Source: Promethearchaeota archaeon
GTDB taxonomy: Archaea > Asgardarchaeota > Thorarchaeia > Thorarchaeales > Thorarchaeaceae
Length of the DNA: 64,000 nt
NCBI GenBank assembly: GCA_014728035.1
Contig: WJMJ01000059.1
Span: 1-64,000, forward strand
Direction of reading: 5' to 3'
Below the pieces are notes generated by a model. That model was not told where the DNA came from and made no database searches. It saw nothing but the letters and a program-made list of their open reading frames with translations. The position numbers and the translations under genes are program-made. This document shows positions 21,352 to 31,166 of the stretch, piece by piece (position 1 is the first letter of the stretch; every line of letters begins with the position of its first letter).

Positions 21352-22152
21352 ATGGAAATCACAATCATCCACAAGTCAGAGCACGATGTTCATTTCTTAG
21401 TGGAGGGTGTAGATGTATCATTTGCAAACGCTCTTCGCAGGACTATGCTTACACGTTTACCAGCAATGGCTATCGATGAGGTTCTCATCCTTGAGAACAC
21501 CAGTGTGATGTACGATGAGATGCTTGCTCAACGACTTGGACTGATTCCTTTGACAACAGACCTTGAGTCTTATAATTTGCCTCAGGACTGTGATTGTGAA
21601 GGAAAGGGTTGTAGCTTATGCCAGTGTACACTCACTCTAGAAGTAGAAGCAGGAGATGAAGAGGTCGTAGTATATTCGGGTGACCTCTCATCCGAGGATC
21701 CAAAAGTGAATCCAGCATCCGCTGAAATTCCCCTCGTTAAACTCGCCTCTCATCAACATGTAATTATTGAAGCATATGCTCGTCTTGGCACAGGGTCTGA
21801 AAATGCTAAATTTCAACCTGTTGCAACAGTTGCGTACAAGTACATACCAGTTGTCAGTGTTGACAAGGCCAAATGTGACCAATGTGGTGCATGTGTTGAA
21901 GTCTGCCCCAAGAAGATATTGAAATTGGAGGGCAAGACCATATCCACTCAGAACACTATGGATTGCAGTCTCTGTGAGGCATGTATGAAAGAGTGTGAAC
22001 CAGGAGCTATCTCAATTGAATCAAAACCCGAAAGTTTTCTGTTCAAAGTGGAATCTACTGGGTCACTCCCACCGGAGGTAATTGTGGAAACAGCGGCAGA
22101 GATTCTGAAAGAGAGAATCGGAGTCGCTCTTGATTTCGCAAACTCACTATGA
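21352..22152 (+). CDS. rpo3: RNA polymerase subunit Rpo3 (D) with ferredoxin-like domain
   Basis: FANALRRTM, ENTSVMYDEMLAQRLGLIPL, CDQCGACVEVCP and CSLCEACMKEC, VESTGSL. Confidence 0.96.
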   Translation: MEITIIHKSEHDVHFLVEGVDVSFANALRRTMLTRLPAMAIDEVLILENTSVMYDEMLAQRLGLIPLTTDLESYNLPQDCDCEGKGCSLCQCTLTLEVEAGDEEVVVYSGDLSSEDPKVNPASAEIPLVKLASHQHVIIEAYARLGTGSENAKFQPVATVAYKYIPVVSVDKAKCDQCGACVEVCPKKILKLEGKTISTQNTMDCSLCEACMKECEPGAISIESKPESFLFKVESTGSLPPEVIVETAAEILKERIGVALDFANSL

Positions 22153-22164
22153 GGTGCGTAAGAA

Positions 22165-22524
22165 ATGGTATCCGGACCCACTAACCCAAACACTCGTGCT
22201 TTAATGAATGCACTTAGGAAAACATCGATTAAACACGATGTGAGAATATGGAAGAGAGTCGCTGAATTGATTGAGCGTCCGGCAAGAAAAAGGCCTAGAG
22301 TAAACGTAGGTAAGATCGGTCGTCACACTAAATCTGGTGACATCGTTGTTATCCCAGGTAAAGTTCTGGGATCTGGCAATTTACCTCACAGTGTTACTGT
22401 AGCTGCTATGAATGCCTCAACGTCAGCAAGATCAGTGATTGTTAATGCAGGTGGTTCTTTGATCTCTATCGAAGAATTACTCGATAAAGTTCCGAAAGGA
22501 ACAGGAGTGACGATTCTTATCTAG
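22165..22524 (+). CDS. rpl18e: 50S ribosomal protein L18e
   Basis: IWKRVAE, VNVGKI, VVIPGKVLGSG. Confidence 0.95.
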   Translation: MVSGPTNPNTRALMNALRKTSIKHDVRIWKRVAELIERPARKRPRVNVGKIGRHTKSGDIVVIPGKVLGSGNLPHSVTVAAMNASTSARSVIVNAGGSLISIEELLDKVPKGTGVTILI

Positions 22525-22534
22525 GGTGGTTTCA

Positions 22535-22987
22535 ATGAGTGAAAGAGCAATAAAAATTTACGACGCAAGTGAAATGGTCGTTGGCAGATTAGCCTCAAAA
22601 GTTGCAAAGGCGGCACTCCTCGGTGAACGTGTTGTCATTGTTAATGCTGAGAAAGCTATCATTACAGGTGATAGACGAACTGTCATTGAAGCCTACAAAG
22701 ATAAGTTCAACATAAGAACATCATACAATCCTCGAAAAGGACCTTTCCATCACCGTCGTCCAGATAGATTAGTTAGAAAGATTATTCGAGGAATGTTACC
22801 ATGGCCAAGACCAAGAGGTAAGAACGCATACAAACGAATTCGCGTCTTTATTGGTGTTCCTGAAGAATTCGCAAATGAGGAAAAAGTCGTGCTTGAAGAA
22901 TCACGTTATGATAGTCTGAAAAGAAAATTCATCACCGTAGGTGATCTAAGTTTCGAACTTGGTTGGAGAAACCCGGAGGTAGCCTAA
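22535..22987 (+). CDS. rpl13: 50S ribosomal protein L13 (uL13)
   Basis: GRLASKVAK, VNAEKAIITG, IRGMLP. Confidence 0.96.
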   Translation: MSERAIKIYDASEMVVGRLASKVAKAALLGERVVIVNAEKAIITGDRRTVIEAYKDKFNIRTSYNPRKGPFHHRRPDRLVRKIIRGMLPWPRPRGKNAYKRIRVFIGVPEEFANEEKVVLEESRYDSLKRKFITVGDLSFELGWRNPEVA

Positions 22988-22988
22988 A

Positions 22989-23387
22989 ATGAGAGTGATT
23001 GTTACAACTGGGAAAAGGAAGACCTCACTTGCTAAAGCCACAGTTAAAAATGGGCAAGGAAGAATTAGAATCAATGGTCGGCCTCTCGAAATCTTAGAGC
23101 CTGATGTTGTCAAAGCACGGATTATGGAAGCATTAATCCTGTTTGGTGAAAAATGGAAAAATTATGATATCAAGGTTCGTGTTCACGGTGGTGGCTTCAT
23201 GGGGCAAGCTGATGCAATTCGAATGGCAATCGCTACTGGTCTTGTTCAGATGAGTCAAGACTATGAAGCTAGATCCAGAATGATTGAACATGATAGAACA
23301 ATGTTAGTTGGTGACCCTCGAAGAACCGAACCAAAGAAATTTGGTGGTCCTTCTGCAAGATCACGTTATCAGAAATCATACAGGTGA
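22989..23387 (+). CDS. rps9: 30S ribosomal protein S9 (uS9)
   Basis: GKRKTS.A.A, GGGFMGQADAIR, EPKKFGGPSARSRYQKSYR. Confidence 0.97.
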   Translation: MRVIVTTGKRKTSLAKATVKNGQGRIRINGRPLEILEPDVVKARIMEALILFGEKWKNYDIKVRVHGGGFMGQADAIRMAIATGLVQMSQDYEARSRMIEHDRTMLVGDPRRTEPKKFGGPSARSRYQKSYR

Positions 23388-23399
23388 GGCGAGAAAAGA

Positions 23400-23621
23400 A
23401 TGATTATTCCAGTAAGATGCTTCACTTGTGGCAAAGTTGTAGCTGATAAATATGAGAAATTCACAAGACGCGTTCGCCAAGGAGAAGACCCATCTCAGGT
23501 TCTTGATGATCTTGGTTTGACTCGATATTGTTGTCGAAGAATGATCTTAGCACACATTGACATTATTGATAGCTTCATGGCTTTTGCCACTACAGAACCT
23601 TCGGAGGCTAGCTTAAGATGA
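23400..23621 (+). CDS. rpo10: RNA polymerase subunit Rpo10 (N)
   Basis: [12 protein letters not shown]...[14 protein letters not shown]. Confidence 0.98.
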   Translation: MIIPVRCFTCGKVVADKYEKFTRRVRQGEDPSQVLDDLGLTRYCCRRMILAHIDIIDSFMAFATTEPSEASLR

Positions 23622-24253
23622 CTGAAGTTGATATGAGTGAAATTGACCTACTAACCCCCATGGATAAATACTTGGCGGCTGGTTGTCATATTGGAACCCA
23701 AGTTAAAACACAAGACATGGAGCCATTTGTGTATCGTCAAAGACCTATTGGTCTCTATGTACTCGATGTTAGAAAGACTGATGAGAGAATCCGAGTTGCT
23801 GGAAAATTCATTGCACGATATGATCCAGATGAGGTTATTGTTATTTCCGGACGTGTATATGGAAAAAGGCCAGTTGAAACTTTGGCATACTATATTGGAT
23901 GCCATGCATTTACTGACCGTTTTGTTCCTGGTACACTAACCAATCCCAATATCTCTGGTCCAAGAACATACGTTGAACCAAAACTGGTTATCTTAACAGA
24001 CCCACGTACCGATCAACAAGCCCTTTCCGAAGCGGCAAAGATTGGTGTTCCTGTTATCGCTCTTTGTGACACTGACAATTCAACTGCAAACATCGACTTG
24101 GTTATTCCTAGCAATAATAGAGGTCGAAAAGCTCTTGCACTTGTCTACTATCTATTAACTCGACAGGTACTTCGAGAACGTGGAGAGATTGCTGAAGAAA
24201 GCGAAACCGCTTTTACTCCAGAAGACTTCGAACCTCAGGTACAAAGATTCTAG
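23618..24253 (+). CDS. rps2: 30S ribosomal protein S2 (uS2)
   Basis: [30 protein letters not shown]. Confidence 0.97.
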   Translation: MTEVDMSEIDLLTPMDKYLAAGCHIGTQVKTQDMEPFVYRQRPIGLYVLDVRKTDERIRVAGKFIARYDPDEVIVISGRVYGKRPVETLAYYIGCHAFTDRFVPGTLTNPNISGPRTYVEPKLVILTDPRTDQQALSEAAKIGVPVIALCDTDNSTANIDLVIPSNNRGRKALALVYYLLTRQVLRERGEIAEESETAFTPEDFEPQVQRF

Positions 24254-24648
24254 TCTTCAATCACACGAATGACGCCTTTATCGGCGTCAACCTCTACTTT
24301 TTGGTCATTTTGCAATTTTTCGATATCGATTTGATCAATTGCAGGAATTTCCGAAATAATACATCCTACTGCTACTACTGGATCTGTAGCTTTGTTTATG
24401 ATTGCTAAGGGGGCTTTTCCTGCTTTACTTAGAGCATACAATACGTACGATCCAACTGTAGACCCTTTACCTGTTGGAAATACCAATACCTTCCCAGCTA
24501 TCGACACCCCTTCAAGCTGATGCCCCTTCTCTACAATCTCCCCTGTTTCAGGGTCACAACCCCCATAAAATGAGATGTCTTCTGTAGTATACAGTATTTG
24601 TCCTTCTGTTTTTCCTTTGAAGATTTTTCTACCAGTTAATTTCTTCAT
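24250..24648 (-). CDS. Phosphomevalonate dehydratase small subunit (AcnX swiveling domain, DUF126)
   Basis: ISFYGGCDPETG, GKVLVFPTGKGSTVGS; overlaps the large subunit. Confidence 0.88.
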   Translation of the reverse strand: MKKLTGRKIFKGKTEGQILYTTEDISFYGGCDPETGEIVEKGHQLEGVSIAGKVLVFPTGKGSTVGSYVLYALSKAGKAPLAIINKATDPVVAVGCIISEIPAIDQIDIEKLQNDQKVEVDADKGVIRVIED

Positions 24649-25841
24649 GAAACTGCCTCCTTGATGCATTCTTCTACAGTTCTAATTTCCGTTTTGAAAT
24701 CATTTTTTCCTCTAGCATAAAAACATGCTTTTGCAGAATCTGTCATTAATCCAGAAAACTTCCCTTTAAGTGGGGCAACAGCACAACAGGCATCACTGAC
24801 AAGGAAAGCTCCAGCTTGTTCGATTAAGTCGTAATAACCCATTTTCATAGCTAAATCTTTTGTTGGTTTTGCTGTAGTAATCCATACTGTTTTTCCCTCT
24901 GCAACTTTCTTCCCTTTTAACATAGAAGCAATTTGTCTAATCTCCTCAATGCTGGCATGTGGACAACCAACACTTATGAAATCAATATCCGCAGCTTCAT
25001 CATCCAATTTCTGCCTTGCTTCATCTAGATCATCTTGTGTGACCGTTTCAGTTGAATTAGGGACTAGGGTATTATTGGGAGTAATGTTTTCCATATGAAA
25101 GATAGCTACACCTCCGTAGGTGGCTACAGATGCACAGAATGATTTCAGCTCGTTAGTAGTAGCATTTGGGACTCCTGTGATGTACGGTATTGCTTTTCGT
25201 GTTCTGTTTCCTATTACATAACCAAGCAATCCGAAATCATCGGTGTTTTTTAGTTCTGGTTGAATAACATATTTTACTTCCGCTTGTCTGTTCTCTTCTA
25301 GATGAAGCCCATATTCTGCAGTTCTCCCTGTTAATGCAGCTGCTAAGGCACTTGGGCCACCCTCTCTATTCGTTCTTGCTCCAATTACAGAATTAGCAAA
25401 ACAGACAGCTGATGATTCAGCCCAAGCTATATGTTCTCCATAATGGGGCAAATTTCCAATCAGATATGGAGTACAAGTACATGTGGTGACCACTCCCATC
25501 TTTGCAAAAGCATCTACAACTCGTTGTTGGTTTTCAGCAAAATCTGCACTAATTCCATGTTTTTTCCATTCAACTAAATCCATCCCCGCTGGATTAAGTG
25601 TTGTGAGAACTCGTGTTGTACCATCTTGTGCCATTTCATCAAGATATTCTAATCCTGCTTCTCCCAAGTTATGGTATGATACTCCAGCAATTTGAACACT
25701 TGAAACTGGAATTAATTGTCTTGCGCCATATATCTCTCCCAATGTAGTTATGATTTCCATTGCTTTTTGTGTTGCTTTTCCATAATCGCCATATAGCATC
25801 TTTTTATCTTCGGCTGTTAGTTCAAGAGTCATTTTACTCAC
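24645..25841 (-). CDS. Phosphomevalonate dehydratase large subunit (aconitase X, DUF521)
   Basis: GVSYHNLG, TCTCTPY, WAESSA..FANSVIGARTNREGG, GCPHAS, TDSAKA. Confidence 0.9.
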   Translation of the reverse strand: MSKMTLELTAEDKKMLYGDYGKATQKAMEIITTLGEIYGARQLIPVSSVQIAGVSYHNLGEAGLEYLDEMAQDGTTRVLTTLNPAGMDLVEWKKHGISADFAENQQRVVDAFAKMGVVTTCTCTPYLIGNLPHYGEHIAWAESSAVCFANSVIGARTNREGGPSALAAALTGRTAEYGLHLEENRQAEVKYVIQPELKNTDDFGLLGYVIGNRTRKAIPYITGVPNATTNELKSFCASVATYGGVAIFHMENITPNNTLVPNSTETVTQDDLDEARQKLDDEAADIDFISVGCPHASIEEIRQIASMLKGKKVAEGKTVWITTAKPTKDLAMKMGYYDLIEQAGAFLVSDACCAVAPLKGKFSGLMTDSAKACFYARGKNDFKTEIRTVEECIKEAVS

Positions 25842-27141
25842 CTAGATATTTGGATAGATCAACTTCTGGGAATGCTGCTCTATCAAAGCTTTTTCCTTTG
25901 GTTTCCATATCTTTTGTGCAATCAAATCCTATTTTGGTTGTCATCTTAGTCCCAGGCTCAGCACTTGGGTCAAGAGAACTTCCTGGTTCTTTGTCTTTGA
26001 TTAGCATATCCACATCTCCTTGGAATCGCGTTGCCATAGCCCATTCTCGATCTGCCTCGTCATAGATGTCAATATCGTCATCGTATACCCAGACATGTTT
26101 TGCACTGGTGTGACCTGCGAAAGCAGCTTCTATGGCTTTTAACCCATCGTCTTCATTTTTCTTCTTGACCTTTACAGCGATATGAAGCCAGCTTGCACCA
26201 CCTGGCGTGATATTAACATCTATCACTTCTATCCCCCGTTCCTTTATTTTTCTGTACACTGTAGGTTCACGGGGCATACCCATCAGTACTTTGTGTTCTG
26301 ACCTTCCAGGTAAGAGTGCCTGCCAAATAGCATTTTTTCTGTGAGTTATCTTCTTGACTTCAAAGATTGGTTCTTGGCGTATCACATCAACTGTTTCAGT
26401 TAAATCAATAAATGGCCCTTCATCATGTTTTTCTTCTAATACCACACGCCCCTCTAGAACGAATTCACATTCTGCAGGAACAAGAAGGTCCACCGTTTTG
26501 GCTTTTGTGAGTTTAATCTGTCGAAGTGCGTTGGCAATTTCAAGCTCATCAATTCCAGTTTCGACAGAAGTTGCGGCTGCAATCAAGATTTCTGGTGTGT
26601 TTCCAATACAGAATGCTACATCTACTTCCCCATTCCGTTCCAAATACTTGTAGAAGTCCCTTCCTCGAACAACTCGAGCTACCATTTTGTCTTTTGAAAT
26701 TTGCATTGCACGATGAAAATCAAGATTCTGTCCAAACTCTGGGTCTTTTGATACTACAACACCTGATGATATGTATGGTCCTCCATCGACCTCGTTATGA
26801 ATAAGTATGGGAAGATCATCTAGATTGACTTCATCTCTTACAACTTCTTGAGCCGGTGCAGAGTCTATTACTTCTGGTCTACTCCGATTTTCTATGGCTT
26901 TTGTCAGTGTTGGGATTAATTCAGCGATGCTTATACCAAAATAGTCGGCTATTTGACTCTTGGTACAGAATAGATTTCCTGTGACTCTAAACTCGGAGTC
27001 GTCCAGATTTTCAAAAAGAACTGGGGTTGGCTCCAGAGCTTTGAGGACTCCTGCAATCTCTAATTTTTTGGATATTGATTTTTCGACTGAAGTCAGTTTG
27101 CCCTGTTTCTTTATTTGCTCGATGTGTTTTTCAAGAATCAT
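25834..27141 (-). CDS. UbiD-family decarboxylase, likely anhydromevalonate phosphate decarboxylase
   Basis: DGGPYISSG, EGPF, DQD-like RFQGDVD, SSLDPS; in an operon with mvk and AcnX. Confidence 0.85.
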   Translation of the reverse strand: MILEKHIEQIKKQGKLTSVEKSISKKLEIAGVLKALEPTPVLFENLDDSEFRVTGNLFCTKSQIADYFGISIAELIPTLTKAIENRSRPEVIDSAPAQEVVRDEVNLDDLPILIHNEVDGGPYISSGVVVSKDPEFGQNLDFHRAMQISKDKMVARVVRGRDFYKYLERNGEVDVAFCIGNTPEILIAAATSVETGIDELEIANALRQIKLTKAKTVDLLVPAECEFVLEGRVVLEEKHDEGPFIDLTETVDVIRQEPIFEVKKITHRKNAIWQALLPGRSEHKVLMGMPREPTVYRKIKERGIEVIDVNITPGGASWLHIAVKVKKKNEDDGLKAIEAAFAGHTSAKHVWVYDDDIDIYDEADREWAMATRFQGDVDMLIKDKEPGSSLDPSAEPGTKMTTKIGFDCTKDMETKGKSFDRAAFPEVDLSKYLGE

Positions 27142-27152
27142 CTCTCTTCACC

Positions 27153-28094
27153 TTATATGCCAAATGTAGTAGTCCATGCTCCTGCAGCTCCGTTTTCAAT
27201 CAATGCCTCTTTTATTTTCACTTGGGTTGTTTCATCTTGTGCAAGAGCAATCATGTTTCCTCCTCTTCCCGTCCCCGTCATTTTTGCACCGAGTGCTCCA
27301 TGTTCTTTTGCAACTTTCACCAATTCGTCAAGTTCCTTACAAGATACAGTGATTTTTTGCAAAAGTTCATGATTACGGTTCATGAGTTGACCTACTTTCT
27401 CCATGTTGTATTTCATCAACGCCTTTTTCGCGTCATGAACTAATTCATCATATTCTCTAATTATTTCCTCGAACCACTCCGGATCCTCCTCTTTTTTAGC
27501 TCTGACATCCCCAACTACTTCTTTCGTACTTGCAGTTAATCCGGTTGAAGCAATGACAAGATAGGCTGGCTTCTCAAGCTTGATTTTTTCGAAAGTTGGA
27601 GAATCTCCATCAAGGTTGCGAATATACCAAACTAATCCCCCAAACGTAGATGCAGTATTATCAATTCCTGAAGGTGTTCCATGATACCCTTTCTCTCCTT
27701 CGTATCCTGCTTCGTTAATTCTTTCATCACTTAATTCTAAATCAAATTCATCATTTAATGCTCTTGCAAGTGCAACACAATTTGCAGCACTAGCACCAAT
27801 ACCTGATGCACAGACCAAATCTCCTTTGAGTTCGATATGGATACCCTCTTTAGATAGATCGATACCACAATACCGAATCACATTGTCGATGGACACTTTT
27901 TGTTCATCCAGTTTCTTTTCTTTGTATCCTGGCATAGCTGGTCTATCATCATCTAATGTCCATCCAGGTGAATCTTTCCTTGTTACAACTGCAATCGTTC
28001 TAGATGAGATACCTGCTGCTATTGCTGGTAACCCATAGACTACAAAATGCTCTCCAAACAATATCGATTTTCCAAATCCGGAGCCTTGACCCAT
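27153..28094 (-). CDS. mvk: Mevalonate kinase
   Basis: GKSILFGEHFVVYG, GIGASAA, HGTPSGIDN, GAKMTGTGRGG. Confidence 0.93.
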   Translation of the reverse strand: MGQGSGFGKSILFGEHFVVYGLPAIAAGISSRTIAVVTRKDSPGWTLDDDRPAMPGYKEKKLDEQKVSIDNVIRYCGIDLSKEGIHIELKGDLVCASGIGASAANCVALARALNDEFDLELSDERINEAGYEGEKGYHGTPSGIDNTASTFGGLVWYIRNLDGDSPTFEKIKLEKPAYLVIASTGLTASTKEVVGDVRAKKEEDPEWFEEIIREYDELVHDAKKALMKYNMEKVGQLMNRNHELLQKITVSCKELDELVKVAKEHGALGAKMTGTGRGGNMIALAQDETTQVKIKEALIENGAAGAWTTTFGI

Positions 28095-28222
28095 AATATC
28101 ACACTCTTTTCAAGGACTAAATATGTTGAATTCATCGCTACTTTTGAAGTCTTCCTTCGACAAAATCTTGGATGTCCGAAACACTCATGACTATCTAATT
28201 TCCTCTCATATTGGCGGATAAT

Positions 28223-29197
28223 ATGAAAGTAGTCGACCTTTTTTGTGGGGCTGGTGGGTTCTCATATGGGTTTGCACACCCTTCACAGAATAGACATCTA
28301 GCAATAGATATCGATTCCTTTGTTCTGGAAACTTATGCTCAAAACTATCCTCAAAATAGAGTTCTCAAAAGAGACATTGCTATGTTACACTCAACGTCAA
28401 TTAATTCGGCTTTGGAAGGTTTACCTGATGTTATACTCGCTTCTCCTCCATGTGAAGAGTTCAGCAGAGCAAATCCAGATAGTAGATCCTCTGCTGCAGA
28501 ACGAATCTATGGGGGTGGTACTGCCCGTCTACTCCTCGATACCATTCGGATAATAGGTGATTTGGAACCAACTGTGTTTGTCATCGAGAACGTTGCTGCT
28601 TTGTCCGCATCTGGTGGTAAGAGAATTATTCTGAAAGAATTCCAATCTGTCGGAATCTCTGATGTGAATTTCAATTTGATTCGTTGCCATCGTCATGGTA
28701 ACCCCTCCAAACGAGTACGCCTTTTCATAAGCAACCTCCGTCTTGATTTACCCCGTCGCACTCCTCCATCTGTGATGGATGTCATTGGAGATTTACCCCG
28801 TTTAGGAATCGATGCGATTTTGGACCCTGGAAAGGCAGTTCCCAATCATGATTATCGGCCGATTCCAAAAGACAAGCTCAAGAAAGTACGTAAAACACGT
28901 AGAGGGCGGGGTGCAAAACACTTCAGGGTTTCAAAGAGCCGTAGTCTTCCGAATTGGGTTCGGTTATATCCGGATAGCATTTCAACATCAATAATTGGGC
29001 TCTCTAGATACATTCATCCTTTTGAAAACCGTTTATTAACTGTACGCGAACATGCAAGACTTATGAGTTATCCAGACTCGTTCACATTTACTGGACCAAT
29101 TACAAGCCAATATAACCAAGTCGGTGAGAGTGTACCACCACTCATATCTTGTCTTATTGCACAGGAGGTATCATCCTATCTTGAAAAATCAAAGTAA
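28223..29197 (+). CDS. C5 cytosine methyltransferase (orphan, archaeal type)
   Basis: DLFCGAGG, SPPC, ENV, RLLTVREHARLMSYPD, QVGESVPP. Confidence 0.9.
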   Translation: MKVVDLFCGAGGFSYGFAHPSQNRHLAIDIDSFVLETYAQNYPQNRVLKRDIAMLHSTSINSALEGLPDVILASPPCEEFSRANPDSRSSAAERIYGGGTARLLLDTIRIIGDLEPTVFVIENVAALSASGGKRIILKEFQSVGISDVNFNLIRCHRHGNPSKRVRLFISNLRLDLPRRTPPSVMDVIGDLPRLGIDAILDPGKAVPNHDYRPIPKDKLKKVRKTRRGRGAKHFRVSKSRSLPNWVRLYPDSISTSIIGLSRYIHPFENRLLTVREHARLMSYPDSFTFTGPITSQYNQVGESVPPLISCLIAQEVSSYLEKSK

Positions 29198-29654
29198 AAT
29201 CTTTATCGTGCTACATAATGTCCATTCAGTATCCAAAGTAATAGACACAGCCCAAGTTGTGTATAGCTTTGGATTCCAGAATTTTGTTGTGACCAAGGCT
29301 GAAGGTTCTGCAGCTCAAACAGGTGTTCCAGAAGCAAATAAACTGGCAATAAAGATGAAACGAAACTTTATAGTTATGCCAAAACTAATTGATGCTATTG
29401 AACTACTTGATGTTGAAAATCCCCTTCTAATCCCTTCTCCTGTACTTACAAAGGAGCGAATTAATTTGGAAGAACTTTCTTCTCAGCTGAAGTCTGACGA
29501 GAAACTTGTTATAGTGGTTTCAGGAAGTAGTAGTTCCTTTTCTAGAAAAGAGATGGATTTAGGCCAGTGTAGAAGTATCGATACTCAGTATGACATTGGA
29601 CCAGCTGGTACTACTGCTGTAGTTCTTTATATGCTCAAGTCTTTCTCAGAATAG
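29181..29654 (+). CDS. DUF2122-like (SPOUT-fold) protein
   Basis: IVLHNVHS, KAEGSAAQTGVPE, C-terminal FSRKEMDLG...IGPAG; overlaps the methyltransferase stop. Confidence 0.65.
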   Translation: MKNQSKIFIVLHNVHSVSKVIDTAQVVYSFGFQNFVVTKAEGSAAQTGVPEANKLAIKMKRNFIVMPKLIDAIELLDVENPLLIPSPVLTKERINLEELSSQLKSDEKLVIVVSGSSSSFSRKEMDLGQCRSIDTQYDIGPAGTTAVVLYMLKSFSE

Positions 29655-29665
29655 TATTGCAATAA

Positions 29666-29742
29666 TGGTGGGCCGGAGGCGATTTGAACGCCTGATCCCT
29701 TGGATCCGAACCAAGAATCATACCAAGCTAGACCACCGACCC
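29666..29742 (-). tRNA. tRNA-Pro(CGG), intronless, encoded CCA
   Basis: GGGTCGG/CCGGCCC acceptor stem, CTTGG-TTCGGAT-CCAAG anticodon arm, TTCAAAT T-loop, A73. Confidence 0.93.
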
Positions 29743-29797
29743 ATTGTTAGCTTTTTGATTGTAATTAGCTCTTGTAAAACGAACTTCGCTTCATGAA

Positions 29798-30628
29798 TCA
29801 TTTTAACATTTCGTTGAAACGAGCTCTGAGTTCATCTAACCTACCCAAATATATCTCGTTACAGCTATATACTTCTGCGTTATCAGTGTCTGCACAGCCA
29901 CGCTCAAAAAATAATCCTCCGAGCGGTCTTGTTAAAGTGTTAATGGAACTACCTGAAATTAACCTATTGAATGCTGGCAAAACTATTAGGGCTCCTTCAG
30001 CATCATTAAGATCGGTGTCAATGTTCATTTTATCTCTTACACAGTTTTTGTAGAGCTTGGTCTTAAGAATGACCGGAATAGTACTTGTGTATCGGATTAT
30101 ATCTCTCTTTATACTATGTTTGGTAACACGTTTAATTCTTCGAATCGATGGATGGCTATGACCAACTATTATGATATCTGAGCTCAATACTTCGGCTGAA
30201 GGCCATGCATGACCATGTAGTAGTCCTATTGATGGGCCTTTTTTGATTTGTATACCTTTAACACTTAGAAGTTGTATATTTCTGGGTATTAGAGTTTTTA
30301 ATTCTCCATCATGATTTCCAGGGATGATTTTGGTAGTGACTATTTTAGATAGTTGAGTCATGAATTTTGGAATAGTTTCCCAGTTATGGACTTGGTCTAC
30401 CTGAATTGAATGTTTGATATCTCCAATTAGGTATAATGTATCTACCTTATACCTACCAACCAACTCTCCTATTCGATATAGGATAGAATTCGCTTGAGCT
30501 GGTATGACTACTTTCTTCTCTTGAGATATTTCTGCACTAAAACCAAGGTGAAGGTCCGTTATCACCATATCTGTTCTGTCGGAGTCTTGAATGACCAGTG
30601 ACCCATCATCCATTATTACGTGCATCAC
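29798..30628 (-). CDS. Calcineurin-like metallophosphoesterase
   Basis: DLHLG, GDIKH, GNHD, HGH, GHSHP, PAFN motifs. Confidence 0.88.
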   Translation of the reverse strand: MMHVIMDDGSLVIQDSDRTDMVITDLHLGFSAEISQEKKVVIPAQANSILYRIGELVGRYKVDTLYLIGDIKHSIQVDQVHNWETIPKFMTQLSKIVTTKIIPGNHDGELKTLIPRNIQLLSVKGIQIKKGPSIGLLHGHAWPSAEVLSSDIIIVGHSHPSIRRIKRVTKHSIKRDIIRYTSTIPVILKTKLYKNCVRDKMNIDTDLNDAEGALIVLPAFNRLISGSSINTLTRPLGGLFFERGCADTDNAEVYSCNEIYLGRLDELRARFNEMLK

Positions 30629-30694
30629 TATGGTGTTTAATCGAAGCTTTTTAACTGGAGTGCTACTACCTATTTGATAGTGAGTGTATTTGGG

Positions 30695-31081
30695 ATGTCA
30701 CTACGTAAGAATGAAGAACTCCGTCTAGCAAAAGATGTTCTTACGCAGAGTGATATTCAATATTTTCGAAATCAGTATGGGAAACGTTTTGTCAGAGCTC
30801 TCCGGGCAGTTGAAGAAAAACGAGTATTCAAGTACGAATTTAATCCGAGCGAATCGTCGATTTGGACAGTAAAAGGGAAACGAAATGAGTACTTTGTTAT
30901 CCCCGAAACATTTTGTACTTGTAGGGATTTTTATCAGGCGGTTGTGATAGCAAGAGAGGTTAAGATGTGTTATCATCTTCTCGCTACATCTATCGCTATT
31001 ATTCGCAATTCCTTTGTAACTATCGGGTCAACTGATTCTGTTCGCCGAACCCTCTTGGCAAAATGGAGATATGTCAAGTAA
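30695..31081 (+). CDS. SWIM zinc-finger protein
   Basis: FCTCRDF...CYHLLA. Confidence 0.85.
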   Translation: MSLRKNEELRLAKDVLTQSDIQYFRNQYGKRFVRALRAVEEKRVFKYEFNPSESSIWTVKGKRNEYFVIPETFCTCRDFYQAVVIAREVKMCYHLLATSIAIIRNSFVTIGSTDSVRRTLLAKWRYVK

Positions 31082-31166
31082 TATGTTTAAAAATATCACC
31101 TGAAGATAACTTTAAAAAACTGCTCCGAATCTGAGCCCTGTCGAGCTAGAAGGTTGGATATAATCC

